Origin: the human T2T-CHM13v2.0 reference genome, Homo sapiens
DNA: 64,000 bases
Strand: one strand, 5' to 3'
Assembly (NCBI RefSeq): GCF_009914755.1
Contig: NC_060934.1
The translations under genes were made by a program, and so were the position numbers. How positions within the stretch are numbered: the stretch's first letter is position 1; each line of letters starts with the position of its first letter. Shown here in pieces: positions 15,701 to 29,070 of this stretch. The notes under the pieces were generated by a model. That model searched no databases and was not told the origin of the DNA. It worked only from the letters and a program-made list of their open reading frames with translations.

Positions 15701-18700
15701 TTTTTATCTGAATATATTTCCTTTTTCACCATAGGCCTCAATGTGCTCCCAATATCCCTTTGCAGATTCTCAAAAAACTGTTTCCATACTGGTGAATGAA
15801 TAGAAGGATTAAACTCTGCGAGGTGAATACACTCATCAGATAGTGGTTTCTTAGGTAGCTTCCTTCTGGTTTTTATCATGGGGCATGCTCTTTTTTGCCA
15901 TTGTCCTCAAAGACCTCCCAATTGTCCATTTGCTGAATGGACCAAAAAAGTGTTTACAAACTGCTGAATGAAAATAAAATTTTAGCTCTGCAAAATGAAT
16001 GCACATATCTGAAAGCAGTTTCTTAAAAATCTTCTTTCCATTTTTTGTCATAAGATTTTTTTTCAACATAGACCTCAAAGTCCTCCAAAATATCCCTTCA
16101 CAGATTCCGCAAAAACAGTTTCCAAACTTATGAATTAAAAGAATGGTTTAATTCTGTTAGATGAATGCTGACATCACAAAGAGGTTTCTCAGAGACCTTC
16201 TTTCTAGTTTTTACTTGAATATATTTCTTTTTATCAACAGATACCTCAATGTGCTCGCAATATCCATTTGCACATTCTACAAAAACAGTGCTTCCAAACC
16301 TCAGAATGAAGAGAAAATTTTAACTCTCTGAGATCAATGCACACATCACAAAGCGGATTCTCAGAAAGCTTCCTTTTAATTTTTATCCTGGGATATTTGC
16401 TTTTTTGAATTGGCCTCAATGAGCTCCCAAATTTCCATTTGCAGAATGGAAAAAACAGTATTTCCAAACTGCTGAATCCAAAGAAAGTTTTAATGCTGTG
16501 AGATGAATGCACGCTTCACAATGCAGTTTCTCAGAAATCTTCTTTCTAGTTTTTATCTAAGGATGTTTTCTTTTTCTCCATAGGACTCAGTGTGTTCCGA
16601 AATATCCCTTTTTGTATTCTACAAAAAGAGCATTTTCAAAGTGCTGAATGAAAAGAAAGATTTAACTCCTCAAGATAAATGCATACATCACAAAATGTCT
16701 TCTCAGATAGTTTCCTTGTAGTTTTTGTGGTGGGATATACACTTTTTTGCCATTGGCCTCAAAGATTTCACAAATGTCCATTCACAGAATGGACAAAAAG
16801 AGTGTTTCCAAACTGCTGAAACAAAAGAAAAGTTTAACTCTGTGACATGCATGCACACATCTTAAACCAGTTTCTTAGAAAGCTTCTTTCCAGTTTTTAT
16901 CTTAATATGTTTCCTTCTTCACAAGTGGCCCCAATTCACTCCCAAATATCCCTTCACAGATTTTACAAAAACCGTGTTTCCAAACTGCTGAATGAAAAGA
17001 AAGGTGGAACTTTGTGAGATAAATGCACACATCACAAAGCAGTTTCCCAGAAACCTTCTTTCTCGTTTTAAATCCTGTGATATACGCGTTTTTGCCATTG
17101 GCCTCCATGGGCTCCCAAATGTCCATGCTCAGAATGGAGAAAAACAGTGTTTACAAACTGCTGAATCAAAGGAAAGGTTTTATTCTCTGAGATGGATGCA
17201 CACTTCTCAAAGCACGTTCTCAGAAAGCTTCTTTCTCCTTTTTATCTGAAGCTACTTCCTTTTCACCAGAGGCCTCAATGTGCTCCCAAATATCCCTTCG
17301 CAGATTGTACAAAAACAGTGTTTCCAAACTGCTGAATAAATGCAAAAGTTTAATTCTGCAAGTTCAATGCACACACCACAAAGCCATTTCTCAGATAGCT
17401 TCCTTCTAGTTTTTATCTTGGAATTTTCACTTCTTCACCACTGACCTCAATGATTTCCCAAATGTCCCTTCACAGATTCTACAATAACAGTGTTTCCAAA
17501 CTGCTGAATGAATAGGAAGGTTTAACTCTGAGAGATCAATGCATATATCAGAAAGCCGTTTCTCAGATACCTTCCTTCTAGTTTTAATCCTGGGATATTC
17601 CCTTTGTCACCAATGGCCTCAAGGAGCTCCAAAATATCAATTTGAAGATTCTACAAAAACAGTGTTACCAAACTGCTGAAATAAAAAAACGTTTAAATGT
17701 GCAAGTTGAATGCACACATTACAAAGCAGTTTTTTGGAAAGCTTTTTTCTAGTTTTTATATGAAGATATTTCCTTTTTCACCATAGGCCTCCATGTGCTC
17801 CAAAATATCCCTCCGCAGACTCTACAAAACAGTGTTTCCAAACTGCTGAAAGAAAAGAAAGGTTAACTCTGCTACATAAATTCACAGATCTAAAAGCGGT
17901 TTGTCAGGTAGGTTCCCTCTAGTTTTTATCCTGGGATATTAGCTTTTTTGCCACTGGCCACAATGAGGTCCGAAAAGTACATTCACAGAATGGACAAAAA
18001 CGTTGTTTCCAAACTGCTGAATCAAAAGAAACGTTTAACTTTGGAGATTAAAGCACACATCACAAAGCAGTTTCTCAGAAAGAGTCATTCTAATTTTTAT
18101 CTGAAGATATTTCCTTTTTCAACATAGGCCTCAAAGTGCTCCCAAATAGCCCTTCAAAGATTCTACAAAAATCGTGTTTCCAAACTGCTGAATGAATAGA
18201 AAGTTTAACTCTGTGAGAGGAAGGCACTCTTCACAAAGCGGTTTCTCAGATAGCTTCCATCTAGTTTTTATCTTGGAATGTTAGCTTCTTTGCCTTTGGT
18301 CTCAAAGAGCTACCAAATGTCCATTCACAGAATGAACAAAAACAGTGTTTCCAAACTGCTTAATAAAAAGAAGGGCTTAACTCTGTGAGATGACTCCACA
18401 CATAATAAAGCAGTTTCTCATAAAACTTCTTCCTTGTTTTTATCTGAAGATATTTCCTTTTTCACTCTAAGCCTCAATGTGCTCCAAAATATCACTTCGT
18501 AGATTCTACAAAACCAGTTTTTCCAAACTTCTGAACGAAAAGAAAGGTTTAACTCTGTGAGATGAATACACACATCAAAAAGCGGTTTCTCAGATAGCTT
18601 CCTTTTACTTTTTATCCTGGGATATACACTTTTTTGCCGTTGGACTCAAATATTTCACAAATGTCCATTTGCAGGATGGACATAAACAGCGTTTCCAAAC

Positions 18701-20133
18701 TGCTGAATCAAAGGAAAGATTTAATTCTAGGACATGCATGCACAAAACTTCAAGCAGTTTCTTAGAAAGCTTCTTTCTAGTTTTTATCTTAATATGTTTC
18801 TGTTTTCACCAGTGGCCTCAATGGGCTCCTAAATACCCCTTTGCAGATCTTACAAAAACAGTGTTTCCAAACTGCTGAATGAAAAGAAAGGTGGAACTCG
18901 GCGAGATGAATGCACACATGACAAAGCAGTTTCCCAGAAAGATTCTTTCTAGTTTTTATCCTGTGATATTGGCTTTTTCACCTTTGGCCTCAATGAGTTC
19001 CCAAATGTCCATTCACAGAATGGGCAAAAAAGGTGTTTACAAACTGTGGAATTAAAAGAAAAGGGTTATTCTCTGAGATGAATACACACATCTCAAAGCA
19101 GTTTCTGAGAAAGCTTCTTTCTCCTTATTATCTGAAGATATTTCCTTTTTCACGAGAGGTCTCAACACGTTCCCAAATATCCCTTCACAGACTGTACAAA
19201 AACAGTGTTTCCAAAATGCTGAATAAAAGCAAAGGTTTAATTCTGTGAGTTCAATACATACATCACAAAGCGGTTTCTCAGATAGCTTCCCTCTAGTTTC
19301 TATCCTGGAATTTTTGCTTTGTCACCACTCACCTCAATGGGCACCCAAATATCCCTTGGCAGATTCTACAAAAACAGTGTTTCCAAACTGCTGAATGAAT
19401 AGGAAAGTTTAACTCTGCGAGATCAATGCACTCATCAGAAAGCCAGTTCTCAGCTAGCTTTCTTCTAGCTTTTTATCCTTGGATACTCACTTTCTCGCCA
19501 ATGGCTTCAGGGAGCTCCCAAAAATCAATTTGAAGATTCTACAAAAACAGTGTTTGCAAACTGCTGAATGAAGAGAACGTTTTATTCTCTGAGATGAATG
19601 CACACATCTCAAAGCAGTTTCTCAGAAAGCTTCTTTCTCCTTTTTATCTGAAGATATTTCCTTTTCATCATAGGCTTTAATATGGTCCCAAATATCCCTT
19701 TGCAGATTCTACAAAAAGAGTGTTTCCAAACTGCTGAATAAAAAGAAAGGTTTAACTCTCTGAGATGACTGCACACATCACAAAGCAGTTTCTCAGATAG
19801 CTTCCTTCTAGTTTTTATCCTAGTATATTCACTTTTTCACCATTGGCCTCAATGATCTCCCAAATGTCCATTCACAGACTGGGCAAAAGCAGTGTTTCCC
19901 AACTGCTGAATAAAAAGAATGGTTTAACTCTGTGAGTTGAATGCACACATCACAAAGCAGTTTCTCAGAAATCTCCTTCCTAGTTTTTATATGAAGATGT
20001 TTCCTTTTTCACCATAGGCCTCAATGCGCTCCGAAATATCCCTATGTAGATTCTATAAAAACAGTGTTTCCAAACTGCTGAATGAAAAGAAATGTTTAAC
20101 TCTGCATGATCAATGCACACATCACAAATCAGT
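6781..20133 (-). repeat. Alpha satellite, inverted orientation domain (part 1)
   Basis: Reverse-complement monomers: GTTTAACTCTGTGAGATGAATGCACACATCACAAAGCAGTTTCTCAGA at ~171-bp spacing. Confidence 0.97.
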
Positions 20134-20645
20134 TGCTGAGACCAGATCCTTCGAGTGGACCCTAACCCAGTTGCACTGGAGGAATTAAAGACACATACAG
20201 AGAAATATAGAGGTGTGAAGTGGGAAATCAGTTGTCTCACAGCCTTCAGAGCTGAGAGCACTGAACACTGAATTACCCACATACTTATTAACTCTTAGCC
20301 AGTCATCAGCATTGTTTCTATAGTCATTCGATTAACTAAAAGTGTTTCTTATGGGAAATGAAGGGATGGGCTGAAATATAGGGTTGGATCTGGTTAGCCA
20401 TCTGCAGCAGTAACCTGCCCTTAAATCACAGATCACTCATGCTATTGTTTGTGGTTCAAGAATGTCTTTAAGCTGTTTTCTGCCATGGGCTGGCCAGGTG
20501 TTCCTTGCCCTCATTCCGGTAAACCCACAACTTTCCAGCGTGGACGTCATGGCCAACATGAACATGTCACAGTGTTGCAGAGATTTTGTTTATGGCCAGT
20601 TTTTTGCTAGTTTATGGCCGGATTTTTGGGGTCTTGTTCCCAGCA
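20134..20645 (-). repeat. 3' LTR, MER9 (HML-3)
   Basis: Minus strand reads TGCTGGGAACAAGACCCC...TGGCCATAAACAAAATCTCTGCA...CTGGTCTCAGCA, matching my recollection of MER9. Paired with 32754-33266. Confidence 0.92.
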
Positions 20646-20660
20646 TGTCCCCCTTCTTTG
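20646..20660 (-). promoter_or_regulatory. Polypurine tract of HML-3
   Basis: CAAAGAAGGGGGACA immediately precedes the TG of the 3' LTR on the minus strand. Confidence 0.85.
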
Positions 20661-21850
20661 ATTTGCAAATCGATAAAAGCAAAGGCAGCTTTGTCATGGT
20701 GAGCTACTTCTCACATGAATCAGGATCTGCATCTGCAGACTATACAAAGACAAACAACATAGATTAAAATCACAATCATCATTGAAATCACAGAGCTCCC
20801 AAATGTTTTTTATCCATTTTAATGGGCTCCTAGCTGATCATTTTTCTGCAGTTCCTTCAAGCACTCCAGTTCCTGGCATTAAGGTCAGGTGTGACTGGGA
20901 TGCCTTAATTATTTTTTCTTTTAATTTTGCAATATCCAAAAACAAGTTTGTAGAGTGTCCTTCTAGATGCTTTTTTATTATTTCCTAAATTTTGACCTTA
21001 TTAATACCTATTAATAGTTTCCACAAATCCTTATGTTTGGCTCCTACAATGGGCCATATCATTTGATATTGAGGTGCCACTATACCTCCATGATTCCAGA
21101 TAATAGGAATTCCTGCCATACTTCTTATCATTTCTACCTTCTGACCTTTTTTTCAGACCAGTTGAACATAGTTTGGCCGTGGCACACACACCGAGAGGGG
21201 CAGTTCAAGCTAAACATCCCCTTAGGAGACCAATCAATAATGATTCCATAGGAATCACTGTGCAGCACCTCTGACTGTTCTGCAATACACTCTTCCTAAA
21301 AAAGTACGTTCATTATTTCTGGCCAGGTTCTATTTTGTTTACAAATAGGTTTTGGAGGGCAGTATGCCTCTATTATAGGAGCAGACTTATTATGGTAAAT
21401 ACTGAGATCAGAAAGCATGTGTAACTGCATCATAGAGTGATTACATCCAGGCATTATTATCAGTCAAGATAGATAAATATGACCAATAAGTATAATTGTT
21501 CTCTGTGTCAGCCCTTATTTAAGGAATACTCATGGCAGTGGTGATAACTGCTATCATAGCTACCATTAAATTTTTCATTGTGACTGGTTGTCCTGCTTTC
21601 CTCAGGTTTTCTTCTGCCACCTGTGAGAACTTCTTGATCTGTCCCCAGGTGGGTGACTCTGTTCAACGGGTGTTGCTCATGACCGTTATAGTCCTCCTCA
21701 ATGTCAGTCTTGGCATGGGTGCAACTGGTGGGTCCTCAGGATCCTCCTGGTATATCTTCCTTGACATATGGCTTATGATAAGGTTTCAGGTATCTTGATG
21801 GTATCAAAATCGGCTGTTGATTTTGGTCTGGAGAAATGCAAGCATAACCT
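20661..21850 (-). pseudogene. env: HML-3 env remnant (shortened, no intact ORF)
   Basis: Position between integrase and PPT; only ~1.2 kb; no long minus-strand ORF. Boundaries approximate. Confidence 0.65.
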
Positions 21851-24310
21851 CTACCCCAAGTTATTGTTTAACCTATTTCCCAATTTTTTGTTATCGGATC
21901 TCTCCACCAAATCAGTTGTTCTGCTTCTTTGTAGATGGTTTCTGTAGATGCTATTCAGCTACTGATAACATCTGCCCTTGGGCAGGCTCAAAACTTTTAA
22001 AGTTAATAATGCCAGATTCAGTCGCATCTGTGGGGTTCCATATACTCTGTCTCCCCCTTTCTGCTTTTGCAACTGCTGTTTTAGGGAAAGATTCATTCTT
22101 TCCACTGTGGCTTGTCCTTGATAATTGTATGGGATACCAGTAACGTGTTTAATATTCCACATAGAGAAAAAATTAGCTAGAGCTTGTCTAGTATAGCCTG
22201 GGGCATTATCTATTTTAATAGAAGCTGGAATGCCCATCATGGCAAAACACTGCAAAAGGTGACACTTAACACAGGCAGAAGACTCTCCTGTTTGACATAT
22301 AGCCCAGATAAAGTGAGAAAAGGTTTCCACACATACATATACACAAGCTAGTATCCCAAATGAAGGAACATGTGTGACATCCATTTGCCAAAGAGAGTTA
22401 GATTCCAATCCTTGAGGATTAACTCCTCCTGTAAAATATTAGGAATGTACCATTTGGCAAGTTGGGCATCTCTGGATAATAGCTTTAACTTCTTTCCAGG
22501 TAATGCTGTATTTGTGTTTGAGACCAGAAGCATTAACATCGGTTAAATTGTGAAAGTGTCTAGCATTAGATATTGCATAAGCAACTAGGTGATCAGCCAT
22601 TTTATTTCCTTCAGTCAAAGGTCCTAGAAGGGGTATAGGAGCCCTAATGTGAGTGATGTAAAAAGGGTGCATTCTACTCTTAACTGCTGTTTGAAATTGG
22701 GTAAATAAACTCATCAGTTGTTTATCTGTATGAAATTGTAACTGAGCATTTTCGATTAACTGTGTGGAATGAACCATGTTTGAAGAATCAGAAATCACAT
22801 TAATAGGCATATCAAAAGCAGTCAATACCTCAATTACAGCTACAAGCTCAACTTTTTGAGTTGAAGTATAGGGCACCTGGAAAACTTAAATTTTTGTGCC
22901 AAAATAAGAACATTTACCATTAGTAGACCCATCTGTAAAAACATTCTCAGCATCTTCAATTGGTTTAAATTTAGTTATTGCAGTGAGATTCCAATTAGTT
23001 AATTTCAAAAACTGAAACAGCTTCATTTTAGAAAAATGATTATCGAAAATAACCACAAACCAAGCTAAATGGATTTGCCAAATAAGACTACTTATAAAGC
23101 TTGCTGTATTTGTGTCTTCGTGAGAGGGACAACAATTAATTTTTCCAGGATCATAATCATGTAATTTAACAAACTGAGTTTTCCCAATCCCTATAATAGT
23201 AGCAATTTGATCTAAATGAGGAGTTAGAGTCCATGAATTAGTATGTGGAAGAAAAAGCCATACTACTAAGTCCTGTTCTTGGACAATAACACCAGTAGTT
23301 GAAGGCTGAGTTGAAAAAATTAGCAAATCTAGAGTCTTCTCTGGATCTACTCTATTTATTTTAGACTTATGGACTTGCTTTTCAATCAGCTGTCACTCGA
23401 TCTCGGCCTCCTTTGTTAATTGCCAAGGGCTAGTGAGACTAGGATTTCCTCTAAGGATAGAAAACAGATTACTCATGGCATAGGTAGGAATTCCTAGAGC
23501 AGGTCTTATCCAATCAATGTAAGCTAGTAATTTTTGAAAGTCATTTAATGTTTTTAATTGATCCCTATCAATTGTTACTTTCTGTGGCACAATGGTAGTG
23601 TCATTTACTAAGGTCCCCAAGTAGGAGTAAGAAGTAGTAGTCTGAAATTTGCCAGGAGCTATAATTAAACCAGTGCAAGAAATCGAATTTTGCAAGTGAT
23701 CATAACATTGGAGTAATACTTCTCAAGTGGGGGCAGCACAAACTATAACATCCATATAATGAATAATGTAACACTGTGAATTTTTTTTATGAGTATGTTC
23801 AATTGCTTGTCCTACACACGTCTGGCAAACTGTTGGACTGTTTAACATGTCTTGTGGCAACACTTTCCAATGATAACACTTAGCAGGCTGCAGGTTTTTT
23901 TACTGCAGGAATTGTAAACGCAAACCGTTCACAGTCTTGCTCAGCTAAAGTGATAGTAAAGAAACAGTCTTTTAAATCTATGACTATTAAAGGCCAATTT
24001 TTTGGAATTATAGCAGGAGAAGGCAATCCTGGCTGTAATGTTCCCACAGGTTGTATAACTGAATTGATGGCTCTTAAGTCAGTTAACATTCTCCATTTAC
24101 CTGCTTTTTTCTTAATTATGAAAACTGGAGAATTCAAAGGAAAAATGTTGGAGCTATGTGCCCATTTTCTAATTCTTAAGTAACTAATTTCTCTAAAGCC
24201 TCAAGTTTCTCTTTACTTAGTGGCCATTGTTCTATCCACATTGGCTTATCTGTTACTGTTAACCATTTTAAAAGTATAGGTTCTGGAGGATTAACAACGG
24301 CTGCCATCAA
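21850..24310 (-). pseudogene. pol: HML-3 pol (RT, RNase H, integrase), frameshifted
   Basis: [41 protein letters not shown] (decayed YMDD, ~23750), TLNDFQKLL, VFTDGS, SAQ-like STQKVEL, HHCC (ARHFHNLT..CPTC), [27 protein letters not shown]. Confidence 0.93.
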
Positions 24311-24919
24311 AAATTATTTCCTAATCTTTGGCAGGAACTTTGTTTTTCCACTTGAAGGGGTTCTTTCAAACCTTGCAAATTTTTTTCTAGTCCCATACCA
24401 GGGACATACCCTATTTCATGCATCATATGTTGACTTTGAGGGCTATATAATTGTTCTGGAATTAGAAATTGTGCCCCTCATTGTTGTAATAAATCTCTCT
24501 CCCATAAATTTATAGGTATAGAAGTTATAATTGGTTGAATAGTCACGGGTTGGCCATTGGGCCCTTCACAATGCAAAATATAACTACTTTGATATACTTC
24601 AGGGACTTTACCAACTCCAACTATGTTAAATTGAGTGGATTGAATTGGCTACACGGACGGCCAATGCTGTAGAGAAATGATTGAAATGTCCACTCCTGTA
24701 TCTACCAAACCTTTAAATTTCGTTCCCTGAATAGTTATTTCACAGGTAGGAAGTTTATCATTAATTTCATTTACCAATAAGTTGATTTTCCTTGTTTATT
24801 TGTGCTTCCAAATCCTCCTGTTCATTTAGTTTCACTTTTTCCCATTCCCGCACATGGCACAATCAGGAGATGTGCTAGCACTCTCCTCACTCTGCTTTGC
24901 AGGGAACAGAAGTTGATAT
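24311..24919 (-). pseudogene. pro: HML-3 pro: end of dUTPase, aspartyl protease and G-patch
   Basis: Minus strand ~24720-24680 translates KFKGLVDTGVDISII; ~24425-24365 translates MMHEIGYVPGMGLEKNLQGLK (G-patch). Confidence 0.88.
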
Positions 24920-25483
24920 TGTTGTAACCAAGCGAGTTAGAGAGAAACCCCACACTTTGAGATGAATTCAGGAGTCTTTTATTAGCCAGTAACCAAGAGA
25001 CAGCTAACACTCAAAATTCTCTTGGCCCCAAGGAAGGGGCTTGATTTTCTCTTATGCTTTGGTTTAGAGAGGGGAAGGGGAATCTAGCTGAAGCAATCTT
25101 ATAGACGTAAAACGGACAAAAAAGTTAAAAAGAAAAATGGTTACAGGAAAACAAACTGTTCCAGGTGCAGGGGCTTTAAATTTATCACCAAGGTGATAGG
25201 TGTGGGGGTTCTGGGTGTCATCTGCCAGACACAAACGCAGGGCCGTTATGGTACCATCTCCTGAGCAAATTCCTGGGAACTGCGGAAGTAACTTGCCACA
25301 GTACCTTATCAGTTAATTGGACCCTTAGATGTGCTGAGAGTCAGCTTGCACAAGTTAAGTCCTTGAGGGAGGGAGTGGGTAAGGAGCCCTTAATGTCTTG
25401 CAAGCGAAGGAGCCAAATGGAATCCCTCTGGCTTTTTCAGCTAAGAGAGAGTCTATCAAGTTAATACAAGATAGGGTACCACA
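24920..25483 (-). repeat. HERV-T 3' LTR (LTR6A/B-like)
   Basis: Direct repeat of 30996-31553; preceded on the minus strand by purine-rich AAGTGGGGTA; AATAAA on the minus strand near 24980. Confidence 0.88.
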
Positions 25484-25499
25484 TACCCCACTTGTGATT

Positions 25500-25725
25500 T
25501 TGGGGAATCAAATCAATGTAACAAGGGGGTTACATTGGGTTTTAAGATACATAATAAGTTTGACAGAAGCTGTGCATTGCTTTACAAAGTTAAGAAACTA
25601 ATTTTAAAATAGAAGGTTTGAAGACTAAACTTAAGAGGAGGAGAAAAGGAGTCCTGCTAATCCAATAATTAGAGTAGTTAGTCAAGGATTACAGTTAAAC
25701 ATGCTTTGGTACTGGGTGTGTTATG
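25500..25725 (-). pseudogene. env: HERV-T env, only TM membrane-spanning/cytoplasmic end retained
   Basis: Minus strand reads approximately YQSMFNCNP*LTTLIIGLAG..LLLSLVF...FLNFVKQCTASVKL, resembling the HERV-T Env C-terminus. It is joined directly to the integrase end (GPHTVILTT..LKVD). Confidence 0.8.
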
Positions 25726-27545
25726 AATCTTAGCAGGAATGGTGTCCACTTTCAGAGTCATCAGTGTGGTGAGGATGACAGTATGAGGTCCTTTACAAGC
25801 AGGAGTGAGTTCCTCTTTATGGAACTTTTTAACAAATACCAGGTCACCTGGCTGGAACGAGTGGCAGGGCTCTGTCTGGTCAGTAATTGGATTGGGATAA
25901 GCTCCCCGGACAGGTGGCTGGATGATATCTTGTACCTATTGGAGAGACTATAGGTACTGTAATAAATTAGCATGTGAGATTTTAGGCAAGATGGGCAGAG
26001 CCCTCATAAACATGAATTTAAAAAGTGAGAACTCAGCTCGGTAAGGGATATATTTTACTTTAAGAAGGGCTAGAGGAAGGAACTTTACCTAATCTTCACC
26101 AGTCTTTAAGATTAATTTCGTAAAAGTACTTTTAGGATGCAGTTGTTCATGCATTCTACCTGTCTAGAGCTCTGAAGTTGATAGGCACAATGGAGCTTTC
26201 ATTGAATGTTTAATGACTGACTGAGGTATGGACAAGGTGAAGGCTGGTCTATTATCAGACCTTATGGCAACAGGCAGCTTATGTCGATGGATGAGTTCAT
26301 TGAGTAAAAATGTAACTACTGTGGTGGCAGTCTCATTTTTGTTGGCAAATGCCTTAGTCTATCCACAAAATTTGTCTACTAGCACTAGGAGATAGTTATA
26401 CCTTGCCCAATGTGGTTTTATCTCTGTAAAGTCAATTTCCTACCTTTTTCTTGGTGAGCCTCCCTGGAGGCAGTGGCCTCGGCTGGGTTTAGGGCCTTGC
26501 TGGTCGTTTATCTGAGTGCAAGCTGTATACCAGGGAGCTGCTTGATCCATTAAGTTCTGAAGGCAGGGGATCTTGAAAGGGCTCCTTAGGAGCTGGGCCA
26601 ATTTTACTTTTCCTTCTTGATTTTCACTTGCTTGAAGATTTGAAGCTTGTTTATCTTTTTCTGAGGCTGGCAAATTGGGTTTTGGAAAGGACACAATGGA
26701 CAGCTGGATCGACCAGGAGCTGAGCTGTCTTTTGAGCTGTAGAGTTTGCTCTTTGGCTGTTACTAGCTACAGCCATGCCTTCTCTTTGATGTCCTTTGTA
26801 GTGAATTACAGCCACCTGCCAAGGAAGCCAAACAACTTCAAGCAGGGCTAAATTTTTCTTTGTTTTTAATAGTCTTTTCTTCTGGGGTGAGTAGTCTTTG
26901 CCCTTGGTAGATGGCTCTGTGTACATACACAGTAGCAAAAGCATATCTGCTGTCAGTGTAAATGTTAATAAGTTTGTCTTTACTTCATTGGAGGGCTTGT
27001 GTAAGGGCAACCAACTCAGCCCTCTGAGCTGAGGTGCCAGCTGGTAGAGTTTGGGCTGATAGAATATCCGTCTCTGTAGTGACAGCCGCACCAGTCTTTT
27101 GAACTCCCTGCTCAAGGAAGCTGCTACCATCTGTAAACACGGTGTTGTCTGCCTCCTTTAAAGGCACATCTTTGAGATCATGTCAGCTAGTTTTTGTAGT
27201 CTTCAACAGTTCTTTGCAGTCATGGACAGGTGTGTAAGATCTGGATCAGTGAGCAAGATAGCTGGATTTAAACACCCTATGGGAAAGTTAAGGCTGATCT
27301 AACAGATACTGCAGGTTGCGAGTGTTTGAAATTCATTTGTCAGAGGCACTTTGTAGCAATGTCTCCACGGCATGAGGAACCATAAGGGTTAAATTCTGGC
27401 CTAGAGTCAGTTTATTAGCCTCCTGGATTAGGCTTGCTGTTGCCGCTATGGCTCCGCAGACAACTTGGCTACCTGGAGGCCACAGGGTCTAGCTATGGCC
27501 TTCCACAGTTGTGGTCACCATGGGCTCCCAGGGGCTAAGTGAGAG
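25726..27545 (-). pseudogene. pol: HERV-T pro/pol remnant: RT largely deleted; connection, RNase H and integrase present
   Basis: [29 protein letters not shown] (26985-27167), VAVIHYKGHQ, integrase GSDNxP-like segment near 26250. Protease start EPMVTTTV is joined to LDPVAS at ~27495. Confidence 0.85.
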
Positions 27546-27559
27546 GGAGCCTTGGCCTT

Positions 27560-29070
27560 ATCAATCATCAGATTCCTCTGCTGTGGGGAGGATGAGGCCT
27601 TTTTTTATTTTCTGGTTTTTCTTCTGGCTTTAATGGGCATTCTTTCTTCCAGTGTCCTATCTGCTTGCAATAGGTGCATTGGTTTCTTTGTAGGGAATCT
27701 TGTTCACTTTTCTTGCCTTTCTGGCATAGACCCGGGGTCTTCTGGACAGTGTTCTGTGATGGGGGCCCTTCATTTCTGGTTTCTTGAATGGCTGCCACTA
27801 AGATTTTTGCTTGTCTCTCTGATGCTTTGTCAGCAGCCTTTTCAGCTGCCTCAGCTGCTTGTTTTTGCTTTTCAAACTCTTGATTGTCAAAAACTTCTTG
27901 GGCTATTTCTAAAAGTTGACCGATATTTATCCCAGCAATTCCTTCCAGCTTTTGTGGCTTTCTTTTAGCGTGAGGGGCTGCCTGAGCCACTGAGTCAATA
28001 GGGGTGTAAATCTGATAGGCCTCCTGGAGGTGTTCTAAAAATGCTCCAGGTGACTCATCAGGCCTCTGGACAACTTCAGTTGTCTTAGACAGATTCATGG
28101 GTTTTCGAGCAGCTCCTTTGATACCCACAAGAAGATACCAGTGAAAATTATCTAAATGTTTTCTCCCACCCTAGGAGTTAGGATCCTAACTAGGCCGGGT
28201 AGAGGGGAAAATTTCCTCAAGGAGGTCTCTGTCTTCCTCTTCTAGCCTATCGGCTGATGTGAGGAAATGCTTTCTAGCCTCTCTTCGCATACGTTCCCTC
28301 TCTTCAGAGGTGAAAAGTGTCAAAAGGAGCTGCTGAAAATCGTCCCAGATGGGCCAGTGAGTCCAGAGCACGGGCTCCATCAGTGAGGTCAAAACCTGGG
28401 GTTTTTCAGAAAAGGGGGGATTATAAGCCTTCCAGTTACAAGTCAGAAGTAGAGAAGGGGACATAAACTAAAAATACAGCAGTGTGCTCATCACCCAGAG
28501 GGATTTGTGCCTCTCTCTGTGGGTGGAGGGGGCTACCTCCTTCTGCCATGGCCACAGTCTGGAGGCTATGGGCAGAGAGCTCACAGGGGATGTAGTTGAG
28601 GAGACAAGAGAAGATTCTGGGGGAGCAGGAGGGTTACAGAGTGGCAGAAATGGGTGAGGAACACTCTCCTCTTCTTCAGAAGGAGGCAGTACAGGAGGAG
28701 CCGAGGGAGCTGAGGGTTGGAGTAAAAGTGCGGTCTGGCTCAGAAGGACCTTGGAGGTGGGATCATGAAAGACACATGAGTGGAGCCAAGGGGGAGAGCT
28801 TTGGACCAATCGCAGCCATTGATCAATGTAGGGAAACTGATTGGGGTGACCAGGAGTTCCAGCAACACCCCACCACACAGCCTGAACAACTGTGGGGTTA
28901 AGTGACTCTTCTTAGGGGCCAACTGGTTCTAAACTGTGGCCATTCCACTTCACTGATTGTCCAGAGTTTGCCTTTCTTTAGGTGGACTCCATAATCCTCT
29001 CAGAAGCCTAGAGAGAAATTTTATAACATACATTGGAGAGGGCTCCAATCTTTATGAGGCTGGGAAGAAG
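27560..29070 (-). pseudogene. gag: HERV-T gag remnant (MA, CA, NC)
   Basis: PGHPNQFPYIDQW (MA), [25 protein letters not shown] (CA), VVQRPDESPGAFLEHL (MHR), QCTYCKQIGHWKKECP (single CCHC knuckle). Split into several frames; 5' boundary approximate. Confidence 0.9.

Noticed and set aside
27568-28128. 186-aa gag ORF as a possible domesticated gene
   Set aside because: Fragment of a frameshifted gag with an internal deletion; no sign of preserved coding capacity.
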